The position numbers were made by a program, and so were the translations under genes. A stretch of 64,000 bases of DNA from a virus (taxonomy: Duplodnaviria > Caudoviricetes). Positions 36,682 through 45,047 of the stretch are shown here, piece by piece (within the stretch, counting starts at the first letter, position 1; the number at the start of each line of letters is the position of its first letter). The stretch covers positions 128,001-192,000 of IMG/VR virus record IMGVR_UViG_3300031867_000003; one strand, 5' to 3'. Below the pieces are notes generated by a model that saw nothing but the letters and a program-made list of their open reading frames with translations, was not told the origin of the DNA and ran no database searches.

Positions 36682-36685
36682 TGAG

Positions 36686-37002
36686 CGGCGGAGTTGGGAC
36701 TTGCACCCAAACCGACGGGCTCAGAACCCTGTAGTTTTCTTACCACATTATGTTTCCATAACCGAATATTATTCGTTGTAGTCTGGGACATCTCATTACC
36801 ATATTTAATAATATATTAAACTTAGGTAGAAGCTCTATGTCCTCCACACATTTATAAGATATAATAATCTTAATTTAGCTCGGGATTGCCATATACAAAA
36901 CGTACTTAGGTGTTCCCCGAATTAGGCTTCTTTTCAATTGTATTTTTCAACACAATGCTCCAAAACATCAGAGACTACCTGTGCTGCTTACACCACTCCG
37001 CT
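36686..37002 (-). tRNA. Amber suppressor tRNA (anticodon CUA) split by a group I intron; exons 37002-36970 and 36738-36686 (86 nt mature, CCA not encoded)
   Basis: Spliced form: acceptor AGCGGAG/CTCCGCC, D arm GTGT-AAGCA-GCAC, anticodon arm GTAGT-CTCT|AAA-ACTAC, extra arm GGGTT-CTG-AGCCC, T arm TTGGG-TGCAAGT-CCCAA, G73. Confidence 0.85.
36739..36969 (-). ncRNA. Group I intron within the tRNA anticodon (231 nt)
   Basis: P1 exon CTCT / IGS GGAG with U.G at the splice site; P10 GTTTT/AAAAC; P AATTCGGGGAA, Q GGCAATCCCGAG, P7 GGACAT/ATGTCC; terminal G. Confidence 0.88.
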
Positions 37003-37060
37003 AAAACAATAAATTAAATTATTAACGCAATGCCACGTTAAATCCATCAAATAAAATAAT

Positions 37061-37084
37061 AGAGCGGGAGATTAGTCCCGCTCT
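37061..37084. terminator. Hairpin (terminator or processing site) upstream of the tRNA
   Basis: AGAGCGGGA-GATTAG-TCCCGCTCT perfect stem. Confidence 0.5.
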
Positions 37085-37094
37085 AAATTACTAA

Positions 37095-37502
37095 TTATAA
37101 ATATTTGTCATAAAATTCATCATTAACTAAATCAACAACTTTATCAAGAATATCAAGGTTTTTAATGGCATCATTTAATTCTTTATAAAGATATCTATTC
37201 GGAACAGGATTATGTGCTACGTCTCCATAGACACGAAAATCATGCTCTGCACAATCTACAAAAGATTCACATTCAGTTTCATCTATATTATAAAATACTA
37301 CGCCAACTGTCTCTTCATATTTCCCGGTAGAATCATTATATTTGCAAATCAAATAATTATCATCTGGATAATCTGTAGACTTAAACCATGATATAATTTC
37401 ATCACCTGGTTCATTATCACAACTATAAATAACATCATAATCAACACGATAAACCGCACCACATATACTTAATATATTATTTAGTTTTAGAATTTTATAC
37501 AT
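37095..37502 (-). CDS. Hypothetical protein (135 aa)
   Basis: AAGGAG RBS; open ORF. Confidence 0.65.
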   Translation of the reverse strand: MYKILKLNNILSICGAVYRVDYDVIYSCDNEPGDEIISWFKSTDYPDDNYLICKYNDSTGKYEETVGVVFYNIDETECESFVDCAEHDFRVYGDVAHNPVPNRYLYKELNDAIKNLDILDKVVDLVNDEFYDKYL

Positions 37503-37528
37503 TCACTTCTCCTTTTATATCCTTTAAT

Positions 37529-39109
37529 TTACGCAATTGTACTGCCCGTATTTCTACTTCTTTCAGCACTACCGCTTAAATCATCATCGTCCGACCTAGG
37601 TCTTCCGACCGTGTTACTGGAAGTATTATAACTTGATTTCAAAGGTTTCATCATATCTTTGATACCAATAGCATTCTCAAACCTAATCTTGTTAATTGCC
37701 TTATACGGTGTTCCTTCAATAACAGATAAATAGTCCAATGCCGGACCACCTAATGTTGCGGAATCTTTATATCTTTGGATATAATCATCCTCATTAAACC
37801 AGGTTATTCTCAATATCTCAAAGATATACCCCTTAGATATATTTTCCGCAATATAAAAATTCAGCCAAGATTCCAACCTATTTACCCAGACCCACACATT
37901 TGATTGATCCGCAAGCTGAGCAAATTTAATAGCTAGATTAGAAGTAGAATTTCCACCGGACACAACTGTTTGTGTTAATCCGCTGTTGGAAAACAGATTA
38001 TTTATAGATTTCGCTAATGCATCTGTATCCGACGCATGTGACGTATCATTAAACGTAATTTTATCAATGTCGAACGGAGCAGTAATAACACCGACCAAAT
38101 CCGGCACTGACTGTTCCTCAAGCTGTCGAAAATAATTAACCATCTCCATTGAGATAGCAAAATCATCAACATCCCCGCTGTTACCATTATCCACTAACGG
38201 TATCTTATTCACAATCAAAGCATAATTCTCAAGTTCTGTTTTAGATTGAAGAATCTGCTGCAAATCAAGTAAATCTAATAAATCCGTAAACAGCGGAAGA
38301 AAATATGGCAATGGGAACGAGAACTCATCTTCCGGACCAATCAATAAAACACAACATTTTTCAGGCGGTAATCTAAACCATTGATAATCACGTCCGCCAT
38401 CCTTATATGAACGGTATCCGTTAATAAATACCTCATCCCAAGTTGCATAACTTCCTTGCCCATCAACTCCGAGAACAAACTCACTGTTGTTAGCAGCGTC
38501 AAAAAATGCAGCATTAAAATATACGACCCATTCTCCATACTCATTTTTTCCGACTATTCTGCAATATTGAACGTCTAGCGGCATTAAAAAAGTTCTTCCT
38601 TGTTTATTCTCATAAACGTACCCAGCATAAAATCCGTCACGGATTGCAAGATATAGTGCGGTATACATATCTTTCTTCAGACTAAACTTGTCAAAAGTCT
38701 CGAGTACTTTTTGATAACCCTTGAGCGCCTTATCCACATCTATCTCTTCGGCTAAATCATTTGCTTGAGTAATTGTATAATAGAACAACGGCATCGCCGC
38801 CATATACATAATCATCTTTTGATACAACATTGAATTCCTAACTAAAAATCTCGAAATTTCTCGAAGAGTATCTTGATTGTTAGCCGGAGACTAAACATAT
38901 GTTTTTACGAGATCTTTAGTATATTGCGTGAAAGTTCTGTTTACAGACCTAGTGGCATTACGCTGAAGAATTTCTTCCATCTTGGCAAATGTCATCGTTT
39001 GCGCACGATCACGCTTATAAGAAAAATCCTCCACATCCGCGGGGATTGTAGTTATTTTAGTTTCATTATTTTTGGGGCCGCCGTCAGCGGTTTTCTTTCT
39101 TGTTGCCAT
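37529..39109 (-). CDS. Portal protein (526 aa, TAG at codon 73)
   Basis: Fragments 38891..39109 and 37529..38830 are in frame; follows terminase; C-terminal PLKSSYNT..VGRP is typical; AAGGAGGTG RBS. Confidence 0.85.
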
Positions 39110-39124
39110 ACGGCACCTCCTTCA

Positions 39125-40882
39125 TTATTTAAATCTGGTTACTTTTCTAGGTTGGCGGAATGTAAATTGAGAGAATAGAGAGTTTATATCTTGGTTTTTC
39201 GGTCTCAACTTTAACTCCAACTAACACGCACACCAATAATTATAAGCAATAGAAGAGTAACGGTCTTTACGCATACCTGACTATTCTTTAACTTTAATGT
39301 TACCATTCTTAACCTCATGATCGAGTTTAATTAATTCATACTCTGCCATAGTTGTTTGCAAATACGGCATCTTTATATATGCCTAATCAGTCGGAGAGAG
39401 TTTGGAATAGGGTTTATATAATTTTACCAATTCCTCTTCACATTCTTGTTCTGAAATAAGAAAGCTAATTCTACCATTCTATATTCCATTTCTAAGCAAT
39501 ACACATATTTCGTTATTGAAAGTTGCACCAGCTTTTACTGACCAAACAACTTTATTTGCATCTTTAACTTTACATCTAATAGCCATGTCTTCATCATTAA
39601 TGCACGTTAACGCTTTATATGTTTTTCCAGTCGAAGAATCATATTGATCCTTACAAATAAAATCGAAAATTCCAATTCCTAGTCCTCCTGTATCAACCAC
39701 TAAGTCAGTGCATTTGTATTCATAGAAATAACGCATAACAATAATCCCAAGTTCGTCAGTTGTTAACCCTTCGAAAGTTTCTCCGTAAACTACATTTGAA
39801 TGATAACTTATGTCATCCTACTGAATCGCACTATTGATATATAATGCAGCTGCGTCATTCTTCTTTTTCTTTGTTGATCCCATAAGAGCTACGTCAACAG
39901 AAAGAATTCGTTTTTCTGTTGCAGAAACATCGGGGACTTTGATTTTATCATTATAGAATTTTAGTGGTAATAAGGCGTTTTTGATTTTTCTCTATTTATT
40001 TATCTCTTCCCACTTAAAGAGATTATCACCATCATCTCCGACCCACATACATTCCATTTCCATAGTAAAAGCAAGTTCATTAAAGTCAGCTTCTGATTTT
40101 TCATCCATTACTTGATCTTTGGACAAAAGACCTTCTTTGATGCTTAATTGATATGGTAGTCCACAGCAAAAATATCTCTTAGTGTCATCGAAAAAATTAA
40201 CCACATATGCTTGTAACTTTTTCCATGCCCATGAACTTTTAAAATAAGCACTACTCATATATATTTCTTTATTTCTTTCTTGCAGATGAGAATACTCTGG
40301 CTTATTTAAATATCCCGGCTATCTAGGACTCGTTAAAAATTTACGAATAACCAAATTCAAAATAGTCTCATCAACCATACGAAACTCATCAACTACAATG
40401 ATATTCGCTCTAGCACCACGAGCATTATCTGTACTAGTTCTTGTTGTAATCCAAGAACCATTTTTAAACATAATAATTGCATCATTCTATCCTATGTTAC
40501 ATTTTTCTATTTCAGTACATAAGATAGGAGACATTTTCATTAGTTCATCCTGTATTTTTAACAATACTCCATTTGCCTATTTAAGAGTACCGGAACAAAC
40601 AACAATCTTACTACCAGGATATAATATACATCTTACAACACAAAAGAGCGCAGTAAGCCAACTTTTTGACATACCCCTTGCGGCAATAAACATAAAGTAA
40701 TTATAATGCATCATCGCCCATATTAATATCTTCTAAAAAAGCTTAAGGTGTATGCCTAATACTTCTTCAACAAACCGCTCTGGATTTGCACGATAATAAG
40801 CTGCTCTAAAAGCAACTGTCTACATTATTTTCTGTTCTTTGTCCTGAGCAATTTCACGAACAGATTTCTTTTTTTCAGCCAT
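39125..40882 (-). CDS. Terminase large subunit (585 aa, multiple TAG)
   Basis: LKLF(Q)KI, Walker A ARGMSKS, Walker B IIVVDEFR, coupling motif YMSSA, RNase-H motifs LSVDVA and KDRYSS. Confidence 0.93.
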
Positions 40883-41937
40883 CACAATTCCTCTGTGGTT
40901 CCGAATATCTGATCAAATAGAGTTTCGGAATCTGTATCTTCATCGTATTGTGGTTTATCAACTGTGTATTTTTTGATAAACTTTTCATACGTATGAGAAA
41001 ATGCATTTTTTAGTCCCATCATACGAGACATATGACCTTTAAAAAATACATCAAGATAAAGTCCTATTTTATTAACTGAACGAAATTCTTCGTCAGGCTC
41101 AGGAATAGGTTTTTCATTTTCCCATTTTTGTATCAACTGCCCAAATGTTTTAGCCTCTGTAAGTGCATTGGAATTATTTTGATTAGGTTTTAATGACATA
41201 CTCCCCATTAAATCTTGAAGCGTTTTATCTAATTCCTTTGTATCTTTACCAGCCTTTTGGGCCTTATCTATATCTAGTTCTTTAAAGCATATACGTTTAA
41301 ATAATATTTCTTGTGCCTTATTTTCACAAGCATAACGCTTTATCCAATCTTGATATTCTGTCTCTAAAAAAATTAAATCAGAATTTGTATACCCATCACC
41401 AAATCGTTTTTTGGCTTGTTTCAGAGTTCTAGAATTTTCGTTTATCTCTTCCTCATCTTTATCGAGATAATCAGGGGGAAATTCTGAGTCTCTCCAGCTT
41501 TTATTTTTATACTGAAACAGACTTTTTACCATTACGATATACTGACTCCATGCGGTTCCTCTATGTTTATCTTGTATATCCTCAGAGGTAGACGAAACAG
41601 CAGATTGATATAAAGAATCAATATAGGGCAAATCCATCATTCTAAGTACATCCATTGTTTTATCCCGATTATCAGTATATTGATTCGTTTTCTTATCATA
41701 ATCACAAGCCATTTTAATTAAACATTTTTTGCAAATTGGAAACAGCCCACTTGAGTAACTTTTATCCGAATAAAAAGCATCGGTATTGTGGAACTCATTA
41801 CATTTTGGACATAGAAATACATCCCCATTTATTATGCGATTATAATCCTTAGCTAATTTATTATATTCTTGTCTAACCTAAGCGACCCCAGTTTTTCTAA
41901 TTTCCTCCTCTGTAAGTGCTTGTTTTAATCTAATCAT
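40882..41937 (-). CDS. YonG-like protein upstream of terminase, possible small subunit (351 aa, TAG at codon 20)
   Basis: Read-through extends ORF 40882..41712 with CPKC...CKKC; TFGQLIQKWENEKPIPE motif. Confidence 0.7.
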
Positions 41938-43067
41938 AAAATACCATCCTTTTTATCATAACTCCACTTATATCCTTTATAACTATCTATAATACCCTTG
42001 CAACAATCACTTATGTTGCTCATATTAAATCCATCAACTACAACATCGGATAATCTATTATATGTTTTAATTAGTACCCCATCCAAATCCAGTTGTAATA
42101 TTTTTCCACGATATCTTTTTCTAATAGTATTACATAACTCATAACATTTTTCAGGAGTAAAATAATCTAAATCTTCCTCATAACAAAATACAAATCCCTT
42201 TACTGTATTTCTTTTCCTCTGACAACATTCCCTAACCATCCTAATATGAAAACCACTCCGTGTAACATCATGCATAGAATCATACATTTTTACAATAGCC
42301 CCATTTTCATCTAATTGAACAACCCTTTTAGCCTTCATCCTATTATGTACATTATTTATATATTCTAGATATTCATCTGTTAATATATAATAATCATCCT
42401 CATAAATATAAATATAACCATGAGACACCAAAGTCCCATTAGTCCTTGATCTTATTGGATTATATCCTAATTCTAATCTCGCTATTTTACACGTTTCCCA
42501 TTTTTTAAGAATATTCCCAGATAAATCACACTGTAGTACAGGTGCAACTTTTCTTTCATCAAAATACCACTGCAAGCTGTCAAAGCCATGATAGTCTTCT
42601 AAGAAACAAAATATATATTTGTCTACCCTCTTTATTTTTTTATGCACACATAAATATATTGCGCTAGGATCTATATTTAGTTCTCTGGCGGCCTGCGGGA
42701 CATTGTTCCATTCTTTAATTAGGTTTCCAGACAAGTCAAATTGTAATACTACATGTATACACGAAGTACCTTGCCCTCCAAGAGTATTATTGTACCCATT
42801 ACAATCAACAAATCCGTGATATGTCCTTAATCTATCTATCCAATATATTTCTTTTTCGTCTAATTCATTTTCATTACATAATTCAATAATGGAAAAATCA
42901 AATTTATTTTCACCATGCTTATTCCACGAACTCTACAGATGACTATTCCCATGTTGATTCTTATTTAACAGCCTTTTATGGTCTTTCCATCTTCTGTTAA
43001 TATCAACAGCTTGACCAACATACATTTTCCCATTATCCAAATTAGTAATTTTATAAATTCCAGTCAT
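41934..43067 (-). CDS. GIY-YIG homing endonuclease with NUMOD1-like repeats (377 aa, TAG)
   Basis: MTGIYKITNLDNGKMYVGQA..RRW..HL(Q)SSWNKHG..GYN; repeated VLQxDLxG units; AGGAGG RBS. Confidence 0.9.
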
Positions 43068-43087
43068 AACATTCCTCCTTTTCATAA

Positions 43088-43117
43088 CAAAAAAGAGAGG
43101 GAGTGATTTCCCTCTCT
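43088..43117 (-). terminator. Rho-independent terminator
   Basis: AGAGAGGGA-AATCAC-TCCCTCTCT followed by a T-run. Confidence 0.7.
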
Positions 43118-43163
43118 AAGCAGTTATTCCGTCAGAATGTAGCCAGTATCATCACTGGTAAAT

Positions 43164-43232
43164 AGAATATGTACGACTCGAACGTCTCCCCTTCGTCCCA
43201 GGCGAAGTGTGCTACCATTACACCACATACTC
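43164..43232 (-). tRNA. Divergent tRNA or pseudo-tRNA, anticodon TGG (Pro-like)
   Basis: Acceptor GAGTATG/CATATTC, D arm GTGT-AATGGTA-GCAC, anticodon arm CTTCG-CCTGGGA-CGAAG, T loop TTCGAGT; short T stem and C33. Confidence 0.6.
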
Positions 43233-43313
43233 TAAAATAATAAATTTCACCACGGGAATCGAACCCGAAGCAGAAGAGTAGTAGTTACTCTCCCGCGTAC
43301 CAACCTAAACAAA

Positions 43314-43415
43314 TCAATGTGTTATTAATTTAACAACATTGCAAAATGCAACCGTCATACTCCAGCCACCAAGAACAGCTACAAGGTTGCAAATAATTTT
43401 GTCACGTAGGCGCAT
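43314..43415 (-). CDS. Small hydrophobic peptide (33 aa)
   Basis: Perfect SD AAGGAGGTGA; MRLRDKIICNLVAVLGGWSMTVAFCNVVKLITH. Confidence 0.55.
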   Translation of the reverse strand: MRLRDKIICNLVAVLGGWSMTVAFCNVVKLITH

Positions 43416-43590
43416 AAACTCACCTCCTTAAAAATCAGCTTTCCAAAAGTTGACCTATAAGTCAAAAATTGGAATCAGATATAACATCTGGAAATTATAT
43501 CAAAAAGCAGACGACATTTCTGATTCCAGAAATTATTTATATTTAAATATATACTTTAATAAAACGACAAAATCGCCATAAGATAACTCT

Positions 43591-44148
43591 TTATCTTTTT
43601 TGTTTTATTTCTTGAAACTGAATCTTTGCCCATATGGAGTCTTCATAAAACTTTATAATCCAAGGCTCAAATTCAATACCTCTACACAATATAAACGGAT
43701 TTACAGTAATCCATTTTTGCCCGCCACGTACATGAAATCCAATAACATCCTTATCTTTTAAAGAATTCATTATTTTCCTCAATGTATCATACTTCATATT
43801 TCTTATTTCGGCTAAGTCCTTAATCGACAAAGCTTTACCACGAGCATCTCCGTTTTTTCTTAAGACGCAATCACCATAGCAAACAAAATGTATAAGAAAT
43901 ATTAAAGTAGCGACTTCTGGATTTGTAAGTCTTTTATCCAATTCTAATTCAACCCCTCTGAACAATTTAGAGAAAGTATATTCTGTCATAAACGGAATGC
44001 GTTCATCTTCCTCGGCATTATCCGGTACGGATTCTTCAATAATTATCCTATAATTCTTATTTTCTTCCGGCTCAATTATTTCACCAGTCTAGTCATTAAA
44101 TACTTTTCCCAAATTATTTAATACGGTTCTCTTAGTTTTATTTTTCAT
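43591..44148 (-). CDS. RepL-like/winged-helix DNA-binding protein (185 aa, TAG at codon 20)
   Basis: FND(Q)TGEII, LSIKDLAE..YDTLRKIMNSLKDKDVIG, TVNPF; paralogous to 58968..59555. Confidence 0.65.
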
Positions 44149-44184
44149 AATCCTCATCCCTTCTCCATCCGATTATTAAAATCA

Positions 44185-44249
44185 GCGGAATAGGACACTC
44201 GGATGATAAATGTCCCCATAAGGCTCATGACTTCCTCATGTTTATCCGC
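44185..44249 (-). promoter_or_regulatory. Three-way-junction RNA motif, copy 4 (directly 3' of tRNA-CAT)
   Basis: P1 GCGGATA/TATTCCGC; P2 CATGAGG-AAGTCATGAG-CCTTATG; P3 GGACATT-TATCATCCG-AGTGTCC; targets TCGGATGG and GGGATGA lie before ATG 44148. Confidence 0.7.
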
Positions 44250-44253
44250 AAAG

Positions 44254-44327
44254 TAGCGAGGGTTGGCTCTGCCCCAACGATCTCCAGAACATGACTCTGG
44301 CGAGATGACTGACTTCTCTACCTCGCA
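44254..44327 (-). tRNA. Divergent tRNA, anticodon CAT (Met/fMet-like)
   Basis: Acceptor TGCGAGG/CCTCGCT (1:72 mismatch), D stem GAG/CTC, anticodon arm CCAGA-GTCATGT-TCTGG, T arm GTTGG-GGCAGAG-CCAAC, A73. Confidence 0.7.
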
Positions 44328-44413
44328 TTAATAGTAGCGTATAACCATTACTTAGCTACTACCGTGGTGCGCATCCACAAGTTTTAGGAATAACGGCTTT
44401 GTCAGCCAAAAAA

Positions 44414-45002
44414 TTACCAACCCAAAAAGTCAGTATTGATAATATCTCCAATCATACCTCTATCAAGGAATTTAGTCCCCTTATATCTAAATTGATGGCG
44501 ACCGGTTTCATCCTAAAAGCAGAAGCAAAATCCGTGATTATCCTCGTCTATACACAGAGAATGATGTGGACCATGCTCATCACTCTGAATAAGCCTATTA
44601 CCTTCCTCATCAAACTCCGGCTCACCGATAATCATTGGGAATACATCGCCCTCAACGTGAGGATAATCCTCAATATAATCATAAGCGTACTCGGCAGCAA
44701 TAAAATAATAGTCCGCCTCACAGTATACGAGCATCTTATCTCCCACATATTTCTCGGGGTCTGTAAACGCCGGCTGTACCAAAATAGTACGTTCGTCAAT
44801 GCTAATAATATACGGCCCATTATCTTCTTCGGTAAACTCGGAACAATCGCTAAGTTCGCAGCCGAAGCGGATTCCAATATTGATGAAATCCCTAGCATCG
44901 TCGTAATCGGCGATAATCGGCGATAATTGCAAATCTCAGTTCATCGTCCCAATAATCATTAAAGAAACAATCAACGTCTCTAATAATTTCAACATTTCTC
45001 AT
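44414..45002 (-). pseudogene. Acidic hypothetical protein frameshifted by a 10-bp tandem duplication; 1 TAG
   Basis: ATG 45002 with AAAGGA RBS; ATTATCGCCG is duplicated at ~44904-44927; removing one copy fuses FAIIADYDDAR and the frame reads to TAA 44414. Confidence 0.65.
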
Positions 45003-45047
45003 AATAATCCATCCTTTTAATCATAGCGGTCAAGTTAGGCAAATTCA

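Noticed and set aside
36615-36685. Theta/HDV-like ribozyme downstream of the tRNAs
   Set aside because: I could not build the nested double pseudoknot; the sequence folds as a simple three-way junction. A motif search is still worthwhile.
36686-37002. Pyrrolysine tRNA (CUA anticodon, CUCUAAA loop, no D-loop GG, no TTC, G73)
   Set aside because: It has a long variable arm and two bases between acceptor and D stems, unlike tRNA-Pyl. No pyl genes are in the window and TAG sites look like Gln.
43118-43160. Possible riboswitch or ribozyme after tRNA-TGG (CCAGT-GATGAT-ACTGG...CTGACGG)
   Set aside because: It does not fit hammerhead, fluoride or preQ1 consensus well enough to call.
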